64,000 nucleotides of DNA. Source: an uncultured Chloroflexia bacterium. GTDB lineage: Bacteria; Chloroflexota; Limnocylindria; Limnocylindrales; CSP1-4. The translations under genes and the position numbers were made by a program. This document shows positions 1-9,193 of the stretch, piece by piece. Location of the stretch: assembly GCA_963834915.1 (NCBI GenBank), contig CAWIDI010000006.1:11272-75271 (forward strand), in the 5' to 3' direction. Each line of letters starts with the position of its first letter. The stretch's first letter is position 1. The notes under the pieces are model-generated. The model was not told where the DNA came from and searched no databases. It was given only the letters and a program-made list of their open reading frames with translations.

Positions 1-96
1 ACCCTCTCGCGGACGATCTACGGGTTCGTGTACGACGTCCGCAGCGGCCGCCTGATCGAGGTGCCCGACGCGACAGCCGCCGGCCGGGCGAGCTAG
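1..96 (+). CDS. 3' end of a CDS entering from upstream; the tail resembles beta-carbonic-anhydrase C-termini
   Basis: Frame 1 is open from the window edge to TAG at 94-96 (TLSRTIYGFVYDVRSGRLIEVPDATAAGRAS*). Only 31 aa are visible. Confidence 0.3.
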   Translation, partial: TLSRTIYGFVYDVRSGRLIEVPDATAAGRAS

Positions 97-117
97 ACCG
101 ACCTCAAGCCCGGGCCA

Positions 118-777
118 TCATCCGGCTGTTTCCCGATGCGGGGCATCGACGGGCTTGGACTCCGGGGACCCCTTCTGGCGCAGGAAGATGCTCAGGACGA
201 CCAGGGCGCCGATCGACATGAACTCGCTCTGCCAGTTCTGGAAGGACTCGAACCAGAGTTGTGGCGTCGGCGAGGTAGGCGATCGGCGAAACCTCCGCAC
301 CACCGTGAGCGCGCTCTTCCTCCGAGTACCGGGCGGCGCCGGTGACGACATGGAGCGCGAATGACAGCACGAACAGGCCGAGGAGCGCCATCGACAGGGA
401 GCTTGCGTAGAGCTTGGCCGCGAAGCCGCCCGCGCGCACCGGCCAGGGGCGCTCCACGCCGCCTCGGGTCCGGGCTGCGGTCGATATCTTCCTTGCCCTC
501 GATGGGCTTCGACTCGGGGGAGCCTCTCTGGTCGTAGCCACACGGTGAAGAGGACGAAGAGCCCCATCTGGAGGAACTCGCTCTCCCAGTTCTCGAAGAC
601 CGCCTCACCGAAGTGCGGGGTCGTCAGATAGGCAGGCAATGACACGGCCGCCGATCCGTGCACCTGCTGGTCGTCGTCATAGACGGACCAGCCGCTCAGG
701 ATCTGACCCACCAGGGCAAACACGAATAGCAGCGTCATCACGAGGGTGAGGCTGTTTTCGCGGATGAACCTGGGCAT
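118..777 (-). pseudogene. DUF6766-like membrane protein; the frame is broken about 3 times as assembled
   Basis: N-terminus is MPRFIRENSLTLVMTLLFVFALVGQ. There are two copies of the module NW(E/Q)SEF...L(R)Q(R/K)GSPESKP. The protein continues across minus-strand ORFs 118..777 -> 192..608 -> 104..541 -> 118..777, with shifts near 540, 470 and 270. Confidence 0.6.
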
Positions 778-785
778 GGCGCTGA

Positions 786-2850
786 TTACGCGCGACGCGA
801 TGTGCCGTCAACGTCGTCGCGGCGCCATCAGGGCTTGCGCCCGCGCGACAAGGCGGAGGGGGTGGAGTCGGCGCGACCACCCTGTCGGAGCGGAGCTATG
901 CCGCCGACGGCACCATCAGCTGGCGCAAGGACGGCGACGGCGCGGCCATCGGCCAGTCGGACTTCACCTATGACTGGGCCAAGCGACTGACGCTGGTCGA
1001 CCTGCCCGACGCGAACTTCTCGACCGCCCAGCCGGGCTTCGCCTGGCGGCTCGACGGCCTGATCGGCAGCCGCACCTGGAACGGCGGCACCGCCGCGACG
1101 TTCAGCTACGACGGGGCCAAGCGCCTGACCGGGATCACCAAGGGCTCGCTCACCGAGACGCAGGCCTACGACGTCGACGGGAACGTCACGTCCGAGGCGC
1201 GCTCGTTCACCGGGATCAGCGGCGACGCCGGGACCAATACCCAGTCATTCGCCTACGACGCGCTCAACCGGGTGACCTCGAGCACGGGGCTCGCCTCGGG
1301 CACCCGCTCCTACACCTACGACCTCGACGGCAACCGCCTGACCAAGACCGAGGGCGGGGTCACCTTCACCTCGGTGTACGACCGGGCCGACGAGCTCGTG
1401 TCGGTCATCAAGACCGGCGGCTCGACCCAGAACTTCAGCTATGACGCCTTCGGGAACATGACAGGCAACGCCGAGACCGCGGTCGCGGTCACGTCGAGCA
1501 CGTACGACGTCGACAACCAGCTGACGGCGATCGATGCCACGGGCACGGCCAACAAGGCGACCTTCACTACGACGCCCTGGGCCGGTTCCGGACCCGGGTC
1601 GCTGGCGTCGTCCACCGAGACCTACAGCTACGTCGACACCAGCGAGACGGTCGTCCGGGTCGCAACAGCGTCGCGGGCAACCACCGACTCGATCGGTCAG
1701 CCCGCCGGCGACAGGCTCGGGGTCAAGGTCGGCGCAGCACGGTCAACTGGTTCCTGCCCGACCTCCACGGCAGCATCGCGGCCTCGCTCAGCGCGACCGA
1801 GAGCGCGGTCAGCAACGCGATCCGCTACGACGCCTACGGGATGACGATCGCCACCGGGCTCGGCTGCGCGGCCAGACCCCGGTGGGCGAGCAGACCTGGA
1901 AGTACCAGGGCCGGCTCGACGTCAGCCCGGCCGGGCTCGGCACCCCGCTGTACGAGATGGGTGCCCGGTTCTATGCCCCCGGGCTGGGTGCGTTCACCAG
2001 CCTCGACACCGTCGCGGGCTCGGCCCAGAACCCGCTGTCGATGAACCGCTTCCTCTATGCCGAGGCCAACCCGGCCACGCTGGTGGATCCGACGGGCCAC
2101 GAAATCTGCACAAACGCCTCGTCTAATGACCCCGTTGCCGTCTTCGGCAGCGTGATGTGCCAGTTGGCCATGACGGTCGCGGCGGGAGCGGGAGGCATTA
2201 CCATCGGCCCCGAGATCGCAGTTGCGGGTGCATTCGCCGCCGTCAGAATCGCAGTCGCCTATGTCGTGGTCACCAACAGGTCGACGATATCGCTCAATCC
2301 AAACGACTACGCGCCCGGAGAACCAATGCCGACATTCCCTCCGAGCGCCAGGTCGGCTCCTACCCCGGTCCAAGGGCCGATGCCAGGAACCCCCGCAACG
2401 CTGGATATCCCGAGACCACAGCCTGGGCCGCCCCCCGTTGCGATGACCAAGGAGGACCCCACCCACCCTACTAGGACGGTTCCATACGTGCCCGCAATTG
2501 ATCAGGATCCGCCAGGCAAAGGCCCACCGCGCGTACCGCCAAATCTACCCCGCGGCTCGGGCCGATTGGGTGTACTGATGTTCGCGATCCTGAAGCTGTT
2601 CCACGGGATGCAAACCGAGGCGCCACCCCAAACCAAACCGACCCCGACCCCTCGCCAAACACCCACTCGGACTCCGACGCCTGCGCCCTCTCCGTCACCT
2701 TGCCGCAGCCTGTTCCTATGTCCCCCCAAGCCTTCATTTCGCCAGCCAACTCCGCCCCGACCGTGCACCGGACACCGACGCCTACTCGGACGCCGTCGGC
2801 TATCCCAAACTACTCGGACTGGCGAATCTACCTCAGGTTTGAGGAGCCCT
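786..2850 (+). pseudogene. 5'-truncated RHS/YD-repeat protein fragment with the RHS core end and a non-enzymatic-looking C-terminal extension; 2 frameshifts
   Basis: YD repeats (FTYDWAKRL, FSYDGAKRLTGI, FAYDALNRVTS, YTYDLDGNRLTK, FSYDAFGNMTG) lie in frame 3, open from 786 with no in-frame start before GTG 1272. VNWFLPDLHGSIAA is in frame 2 (1742-1860). The core end KYQGRLDV..GARFYAPGLGAFTSLDTVAGSAQNPLSMNRFLYAEANPATLVDPTGH is in frame 1 (ends about 2100). Shifts are near 1738 and 1860. Confidence 0.8.
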
Positions 2851-3420
2851 GTGAGTATCGACCTACTTGGCATCTCCGTCCCAGTCGAGATCTTCATTGG
2901 CGCCGTCATCGTATGCCTGTCCGCACTCTGGCGTAGGTCGCCTCAAGATGGTTGGGTACGGTACACGCTGCTGGCAGTTGTGCCAACCAGCGTCGCGCTC
3001 CTGAGCTTGACGCAGAGTGGGCCAACGGCGTACGTCGTGCTTGGGACTGCCGCGGCATATCTCCTCGTCGCACTCTTCCTAGATCGCATGATGGCGGGTC
3101 CCGGAAATCGGGCGTCGCACATGCGCTTGTTTGTCGTCGAAGTATCTGCATTGGTGAACGAGATTCTTGCCATCGAGGAACGTATCCGCGATCGGGCCGA
3201 CCACGAATTGCTCGAGCTCGATGCCAACGCGGCAACTGCGAGCCTCCAGAGAGTCCACCCGCCCGACACGCGAGCGGCCAGCCTTCGAAACGACTACGTA
3301 GCCCTGTTGAAGATGAGGACCCAAGCCTGCATTTCGCGCGCCGGCGCGGCCGAGTTCCTGGTCATTGATGGGCGGGTCGACGAGCTTAATCGGCGATTGC
3401 TCTCCCTTGTCGGTCAGTAG
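2851..3420 (+). CDS. Candidate immunity/partner protein with 3 predicted TM helices and a helical C-terminal domain
   Basis: GTG at 2851 follows GAGGAG (2841-2846) by 4 nt. Hydrophobic helices are ISVPVEIFIGAVIVCLSAL, YTLLAVVPTSVALLSL and YVVLGTAAAYLLVALFL. It is in frame with the Rhs ORF with no stop between, so the boundary is inferred. Confidence 0.4.
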   Translation: MSIDLLGISVPVEIFIGAVIVCLSALWRRSPQDGWVRYTLLAVVPTSVALLSLTQSGPTAYVVLGTAAAYLLVALFLDRMMAGPGNRASHMRLFVVEVSALVNEILAIEERIRDRADHELLELDANAATASLQRVHPPDTRAASLRNDYVALLKMRTQACISRAGAAEFLVIDGRVDELNRRLLSLVGQ

Positions 3421-3706
3421 CCGCACGCATTTCCCGAGATCTTCAATCAGCACTTGATGAAGTGAACCGTCCTGGGTCTGACGGCAACCGAGCTGGAACC
3501 CGATACCAGGCAGGCATCGCCGCAGACTTGCACGCAGTTCGTAGGGCAGGTCGGACCAAGTGATCATTTCAGGAGGTGTTTGAACCGCGAAACTGGCGAG
3601 TGGCTCGGCGAGGAGGCGCTCCAGCCGCGCCGAAGGGGGAGCCGCGTACTGTTCTCGGCACGCCTGCCTGGAATCGAGCCGCGTCGACGCGCCGTTGTGG
3701 TGTGCG

Positions 3707-5513
3707 CTACGCCCCCGCGAGGTAGTGGCTCAGGACCGTTGGCCCTCTGGCTGAGCACCTTGCTGTAGAGGGCGACCTCGTCGATGACCCCGTCGAAGTA
3801 GGCCGAGCTGTCGTCGTTGCGCCGGCCGATCACCAGCGGGTCGGTGCCCTGCGAGCTCGAGCTGCTGAACCAGCTCGTGGTCACCGTTCGCACTAGGACG
3901 CCGTTGACATAGAACTCGACCTTGTCGGTGGCGTCGTCGAGGGTCACCACGATGTGGCTGGTCTCGTCGTCGGGGACGGTGTCGGCGCCCGACGAGGTGA
4001 CGATCCGGTCCGAGCCCCCGGAGGTCCAGAGGTTCACCCAGATCTCGTCGTCCTCCCACCAGACCCAGTAGTCGTAGCCGTGGCCCGAGCTGCCGCGGAA
4101 GACCACGGTCTCGGTCGGGTTGTCGCCGGTCGGCGCGATCCAGGCCTCGAACGACTTCTTGCCGGTCGAGGCGAACGACAGCGGCGAGTCGACCCCGCTG
4201 GTCACGTAGCTCGACGATCCGTCGAACTCGACCGCGGTGACCGCCTCGCTGACCAGCAGGCCGTCCTCGCCGAGGCTGGCCGAGCCGTGGTAGCTGCCGG
4301 CGTAGTCGGTGGTCACGTCGACCGCGGTAGTGCCCGACGCCTCGCCGAGACGCCAGTAGGCCTGGGGGCCGTCGGTCATGACGGTCGGCCCGTACAGGTC
4401 CACGGCACCAGTCGGAAGCGTGGTGGCGGCATCGGCGACGCCGGGGGCTTCCTCCACGTTCGCCGCGTTGTCTTCAGCACGCGTATACGAACTCGTAGTC
4501 GCCTGGACCTGCACCCAAGCTGAACGTGAAGGGCGAGGACTCCTGCGTGTCGGCGAGGGACCACGAACCCCAGCTCTCCCCGGGCGGCTGATGCCTCGAC
4601 CAGAGCTGTACGCGGCAAATTCCAACGCCGGCGCCGTCATCCGTCGTAAACGGGATGGGCACCGTGGTTGCGGAGGGGTTCTGCTCGGCATCGATCAAGC
4701 CAACGGACGACGTCGGCGGACTCACGTCGGCTTCAATCAATTCGAGATTGCCAATCTTCCACCCGTCGTCGAAAACAAGATCAATCCCTGAGTCGTACGT
4801 CGCCTCGCACTGGTCCTTGCTTACTGTGATCGCGATTTCAGAATGTGCGATATCCCAGCCTGCGTCGTTGGCAGACAACAACGGACTACCCACTGTCACG
4901 ACGGAGGTGAGCTCACCCTGAGCCCCAAAGGCCGTCTCCAGCCCATCAACAAATTCTCCCTCCGTAATGGACCCAGAAATGGTTGGGTGAAGACTCGCGT
5001 AGATGGCTTCCCAGTCCTCGTTCGCGATATTCGAGACCGCTGTCGCAATGGCTGTGGATGCACCACTAGCCGGATCGAGGTCATCGAGTTCGTATTCGGT
5101 CTCGTCCGCCGTAACCAATAAGGTCCCTGACGTGTGGTTTGCGTTGATGGTCCCCTCGATTTCGAGGTCGACTGCGGTGCGGGTGTTGCCTGCACTGAAG
5201 ATCCAAGTTGTGGCGTCGAACGTCGCGTCGGGTGCTTGCCAGCCCGGCCCGGAGTACGAGACTGCAGAACTGATCCGTTCACCTGCGTCGTGATCTCGAC
5301 CGGATCGTCCGACCAGAACAGACCGGCCTCTGCATCGATAAACAGCAGTCGAGCGGACGTCGGCGAGGCGCCGAATTCCACACGTGCGTAACGCTCAGTG
5401 GCGTGGTCCGCGAAGCTTGCAATCTCGACGTCGGCCCGAGCCGGTTTCGGGGCGAGCACGATCCAAGCAATGACGCCTAGCAATCCAATCGCGGCCGTAC
5501 ATGCCCTGGCCAT
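3707..5513 (-). pseudogene. Secreted LamG (Laminin_G_3 / concanavalin-like) domain protein; 2-3 frame breaks
   Basis: Signal peptide MARACTAAIGLLGVIAWIVLAPKPARA. LamG-like C-terminal part is YWRLGEASGTTAVD...FDGSSSYV...FEAWI...VEFYVNGVL...IGRRND..YFDGVIDEVALYSKVLS. The pieces lie in ORFs 4896..5513, 4474..5118 and 3564..4691 (shifts near 5270 and 4487). A probable third shift near 3750 would give ..VLSHYLAGA* with the stop at 3707. Confidence 0.7.
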
Positions 5514-5646
5514 GCGTCTGGTGATCAGTGGCCTTCATTCTTAGGTGCCCGGGTTCGGAACGCATAGATGGGGAATGCCTGTCATTCGTCCATCGATCAC
5601 GTTCGTGACGGCCTTCAATAGGGAATCGACCACATGTGAGCGGCAG

Positions 5647-6781
5647 TCAGGCACCTGAATGATTTTCATGCTGCTCTACGAAATTCGCGTGGAATGCAGG
5701 CTCTGCAAGAAGCCAGCCAGTATCCGGAATTCCAAAATCTGGTTCGAACCGATTGAACGTCGTCGTGTCCGACAGGTTCCACTGCCAGTTCTGAGTGCCG
5801 AGGCTGCCATTCAGGAAGCGCGACCCGCCTCCGCTCGGCACGTCAAATGGACTGTTGGTCCCAGCTGGCAGGAGGCCGTCGCCGTATTCGATCCTTTCAC
5901 CCAGAGGAACGCACGGACCGAAGAAGATACAAAATTCCGCTTGCGCGCCGAGGTCGCCGAACGCATTGAAAGTCGGAAGCGCCGGCAAACGCTCTGGGCC
6001 GGGATTGGCCCACTCGAACCAGGAACTCTCGGAGTTGAGTTCAGAAAGGGCCGGACGAAACGCCGAGCAACCGTTGGTCATCAAGCAGACTGCTGGCCCG
6101 AGTCCATTCAGTTGGGCCCACGCAATGCCATAGGCTGCGACATTGGCGAGAGGTGTCCCGTCATGTGCGCCCTCGAGGAATACCAAGCTGTCGACCATCG
6201 TGGTTGCCACGTCATCTTCCAGTTCGGCCGAATAGCTGAGGAATCCGCGCACGATCGCGGCGCCCATGCTATTGGCGACGATGACTACGGGACGCTCTGT
6301 TTCGAGGTAGATAGTTTGGATATCGGCGTGCAAGGCGACCGCGTTCAACCCGAGGTCGCTTTGGCTGTCGCAGATCTCAGTCGGAGTTCCCGCTGGAGTT
6401 GACGGGCATCCCACCGTTGGGGGTTACGGGCACCGGCAGTGCTCTAGGGGCGCACTCTGCTTCTTCGATACTCCCGAGATCCTGGTAGTACTCGAATAGG
6501 AGGACTCGTCCGATGCCATATGTGTCAATGATCGGGGAAAGAAGGTCGCCAAATTCGTTCGTGTTCTGATATGCCGCGTTGATGCCATGGACGAAGAGGA
6601 GCGTCGGGCCAACCGCGGGGTCGGTGGCAACCCGGCCCGGCTCGCCGTCTGGAGGAGTTGGCGACGCACTGACGGGCTGGGGATGGATGCCTGACAGCAC
6701 GAGGCAAGCACTCACAAGAAGCCCGATGCCGAATCGGCGCCCAAGATCGTGGGCTCCCGACAATTGTCCTCTCGCCGCCAT
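5647..6781 (-). CDS. Secreted alpha/beta-hydrolase, lipase/esterase-like (1 apparent frameshift near 6395)
   Basis: Signal peptide is in ORF 6377..6781 (RRFGIGLLVSACLVLSG). The motifs LLFVHGINAAY and nucleophile elbow VIVANSMGAAI (AxSxG) lie in ORF 5647..6414. The two ORFs join as ..PNGGMPVNSSG/TPTEICDS. Confidence 0.7.
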
Positions 6782-6888
6782 GTTGCCTCCCCGGCTGTCA
6801 GCCTTAGGGAAACCGTAGTGGTCTGAGCACTGCCGTGGCGTAGGACCAAGGGGGTAGTGATGGGGTTATTGGTCCGGCGGACTGCGAA

Positions 6889-7434
6889 CTAGTTGCCGTG
6901 TTCCACCCGGCACCAGCCCACGTCATGCTCCGGGACCGCGTCGGCAAGACGAAAGTCGAAGGCGAGGTCGACTGGCGGATCGTCGGGGTGCCGGGCCTTG
7001 TACTCATCCATCTTCCAAAATGACAGCCTCGCCGTCGTAGTGTTGTTGTGCCAGCCGCATATTTGGGCCTCGGCAATCGAGCCTACGATCGACATGCCCC
7101 CGCCGCGCGACCAACCCATGGCAGTCAGCTGGCGGTCGTAATAGTCGATCACCTCGTCGATGCTCGACATGGTGGCGAAGCGGGTCGCTACGGCAGCCTC
7201 CGCGCCAGATGTTCCCTCATAGCCTGTGAGCGCGACCAAGCGCTCCGCCCCCGGGTACGCGAGCTGGGCCTCTGGCAACGCTAACAGTCGCGCTCGCCCC
7301 TTGGCCGGCTGAAGGGCAAACACTGAAATGATCACTAGGCCGACCGCCACAGCCGTCACGGCGGCAACGCGGTAACCGCGCCTGCCACCTACAACTCCCC
7401 GACCTTGTCCGTTTGCCATGTCGTCGCCTCTCAA
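6889..7434 (-). CDS. Hypothetical protein with an N-terminal membrane anchor
   Basis: Intact 181-aa ORF with TM segment YRVAAVTAVAVGLVIISVFAL. The start could instead be the Met at 7419. No family recognised. Confidence 0.55.
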   Translation of the reverse strand: MRGDDMANGQGRGVVGGRRGYRVAAVTAVAVGLVIISVFALQPAKGRARLLALPEAQLAYPGAERLVALTGYEGTSGAEAAVATRFATMSSIDEVIDYYDRQLTAMGWSRGGGMSIVGSIAEAQICGWHNNTTTARLSFWKMDEYKARHPDDPPVDLAFDFRLADAVPEHDVGWCRVEHGN

Positions 7435-7505
7435 CCCGGCGGGCTTTCGCCGACGGGCCTGGGAACCGCAAGCGTACTCGGAAGCAAAGGGTTTGGCCCT
7501 TGACG

Positions 7506-7520
7506 CCGGGGCCGCCCCGG
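7506..7520 (-). terminator. GC hairpin just downstream of tRNA-Thr
   Basis: CCGGGG-ccg-CCCCGG gives a perfect 6-bp stem. There is no U-tract. Confidence 0.3.
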
Positions 7521-7553
7521 CTTAGCGCGGCCAGCAGGACGATCCCTGGGGAG

Positions 7554-7628
7554 TGGAGCCGACACTCGGACTTGAACCGAGGACCTGCTGTTTACGAAAC
7601 AGCTGCTCTACCACTGAGCTATGTCGGC
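7554..7628 (-). tRNA. tRNA-Thr (anticodon CGU), CCA encoded
   Basis: The reverse complement folds as a cloverleaf. Acceptor is GCCGACA/UGUCGGC, D arm GCUC..GAGC, anticodon stem GCUGU/ACAGC with loop UUCGUAA, T arm CUCGG-UUCAAGU-CCGAG, then U-CCA. Confidence 0.92.
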
Positions 7629-7736
7629 GCGACGGAGAGTGTACCAAGCCCTCGAATCAAGCCTGGAACCGGCGCGACGATGTTCGAACTCCCGTACGGC
7701 CGCCGCCGAAGTCCGCGAGGTCGAGCACTTCATCGG

Positions 7737-7766
7737 TTGCTACCGTGGTCGTACCGATGGTAGCAT
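7737..7766 (+). promoter_or_regulatory. Candidate promoter/operator of the mazEF-like operon, probably giving a leaderless mRNA
   Basis: TTGCTA-N18-TAGCAT, with the -10 ending 6 nt before ATG 7773. Inverted repeat GCTACC...GGTAGC (7739-7764) spans the spacer. Confidence 0.4.
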
Positions 7767-7772
7767 CGTGGT

Positions 7773-7994
7773 ATGAAAGTCAGTGTCAGCCTGCCCGGCG
7801 AGGACGTCGAATTCCTCGACGGATACGCCAAGGAGCAGGGTCTGGACTCGCGGTCAGCAGCCCTGCATCGCGCGATCCGGTTGCTCCGAACCTCGGAGCT
7901 GGGCGCCACCTACGAGGCGGCATGGAAGGAGTGGTCGGACGACGCCGAGGGCGATGCCTGGGAGACCACCAGCGGCGACGGAGTCGGGAGCTGA
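7773..7994 (+). CDS. Ribbon-helix-helix antitoxin (MazE-like)
   Basis: 73 aa, MKVSVSLPGEDVEFLDGYAKEQGLDSRSAALHRAIRLL with an acidic tail. Its stop overlaps the toxin ATG (ATGA at 7994). Confidence 0.8.
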   Translation: MKVSVSLPGEDVEFLDGYAKEQGLDSRSAALHRAIRLLRTSELGATYEAAWKEWSDDAEGDAWETTSGDGVGS

Positions 7995-8341
7995 TGCGGC
8001 GCGGCGACATCTACGCGATCGACCTTGATCCGGTTCGCGGTTCGGAAGCCGCCAAGCGGCGACCGGCCGTGATCGTCAGCAACGATGCAGCGAATGCGAC
8101 GGCGCTGCGCCTCGAACGGGGCGTCATCACGGTCGTGCCAGTGACCTCGAACGTGGAACGGATCTATCCATTCCAGGTCCTGCTGCCGGCCGCCCGGACG
8201 GGACTCACGCGAGACTCGAAGGCCCAGGCCGAGCAGATCCGATCGATCGCCGTCGAGCGGGTCGGTGAACGTCTCGGCGGGGTTCCCGCCGCGGTGATGG
8301 TCGAGATCGACGAGGCCCTGCGGCTGCATCTGGGTCTCTGA
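7994..8341 (+). CDS. mazF: MazF/PemK family endoribonuclease toxin
   Basis: MRRGDIYAIDLDPVRGSEAAKRRPAVIVSND...VITVVPVTSN...TRDSKAQAEQIRSI, typical PemK/MazF motifs. Confidence 0.88.
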   Translation: MRRGDIYAIDLDPVRGSEAAKRRPAVIVSNDAANATALRLERGVITVVPVTSNVERIYPFQVLLPAARTGLTRDSKAQAEQIRSIAVERVGERLGGVPAAVMVEIDEALRLHLGL

Positions 8342-8414
8342 CCGCGGAAGCTGGACGCTCGTTGTGGCGGCCGGACCGGCGGGATGCCAGTGCCAGCGGT
8401 GGTACCATACGTCC

Positions 8415-8630
8415 GTGGACAAGACGACGATCTACCTCCCGATCGAGCTCAAGACGGCGATCAAGCGCGTCGCCCGGCAGCGAGGTGTCTCCGAAGCCGA
8501 GGTCATCCGCGACTCGATCCGCCACGCTGTCGGCGATGACCGACCGCGCCCCCGCGGGGGCCTCTTCGCGAGCGGCGCTCCGATCGCCCGCGAGGCGGAT
8601 GAACACCTGCCGGGATTCGGCGAGCGGTGA
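8415..8630 (+). CDS. vapB: RHH (CopG/VapB-like) antitoxin
   Basis: VDKTTIYLPIELKTAIKRVARQRGVSEAEVIRDSIRHAV. GTG 8415 is chosen over the upstream start at 8364. The stop overlaps the vapC GTG. Confidence 0.7.
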   Translation: MDKTTIYLPIELKTAIKRVARQRGVSEAEVIRDSIRHAVGDDRPRPRGGLFASGAPIAREADEHLPGFGER

Positions 8631-9035
8631 TCGTCGATACCAGCGCGCTCCTGGCGTTCTTCGATACCGATGAGCCCGATCACGAGGCCGTATCGGCGGT
8701 CCTCGAGCGGGGCGGACGAGGCCCTCGTGGTCTCGCCCTACGTGATCGCCGAGCTCGACTATCTCGTGGCGTCCAGGCTCGGCGTCGCGGCCGAGGTGGC
8801 TGTCCTGCGAGAGCTGACCGGCGGTGCCTGGGACCTGCCCGCGATCGACGCGGCGGACCTCGTCGCCGCGCGCGCCGTCATCGAGCGCTATGCCGACCAG
8901 GGCATCGGCGTCGCGGACGCCTCGAACGTGATCCTGGCCGAGCGCTACCGGACGCGGACGATCGTCACGCTCGATCGCCGGCACTTCGACGTCCTGCGCC
9001 CACTCAGCGGCGGGCGGTTCCGGATCCTCCCCTAA
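8627..9035 (+). CDS. vapC: PIN-domain VapC toxin (1 apparent frameshift near 8712)
   Basis: VIVDTSALLAFFDTDEPDHEAVSAVLERG (frame of ORF 8627..) continues as DEALVVSPYVIAELDYLVA...GIGVADASNVILAE...IVTLDRRHF (ORF 8670..9035). Confidence 0.8.
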
Positions 9036-9138
9036 GGCGACACGGCGCCGATCAGGCCGCCGCGTCGCGGATCCCGAGCCGGAGCGTTCCGACCCGCCCC
9101 CCACGCGGCAACGCTCGACCACCCCTTGCGCTCCGCAG

Positions 9139-9178
9139 CAATATACGTATACTCGTACGTATAGATACCTCGTACGAC
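9139..9178 (+). promoter_or_regulatory. AT-rich repeat-containing candidate promoter/operator upstream of the EXLDI gene
   Basis: caATATACGTATACTCGTACGTATAGATACCTCGTACG contains TACGTATA twice, CTCGTACG twice and the palindrome TATACGTATA. It stands out in GC-rich DNA. Confidence 0.45.
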
Positions 9179-9193
9179 TGGAGTTACGATGTC

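Noticed and set aside
2700-2936. Alternative-frame ORF within the Rhs tip (..TPTPTRTPSAIPNYSDWRIYLRFEEP..).
   Set aside because: It may reflect another indel in the Rhs C-terminus, but nothing recognisable supports it as a separate gene. I mention it under the Rhs finding only.
3079-3567. 162-aa minus-strand ORF overlapping the 3' part of the candidate immunity gene.
   Set aside because: Most of it is antisense to the + strand ORF, which has TM helices and an RBS. No motif is recognised. Only its first ~48 codons lie in otherwise unassigned DNA, which I cannot support as a gene.
7435-7772. Integrated prophage or ICE at tRNA-Thr.
   Set aside because: The window holds no integrase, excisionase, phage or conjugation genes, and no repeat of the tRNA 3' end. 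I report it only as a compositionally atypical block.
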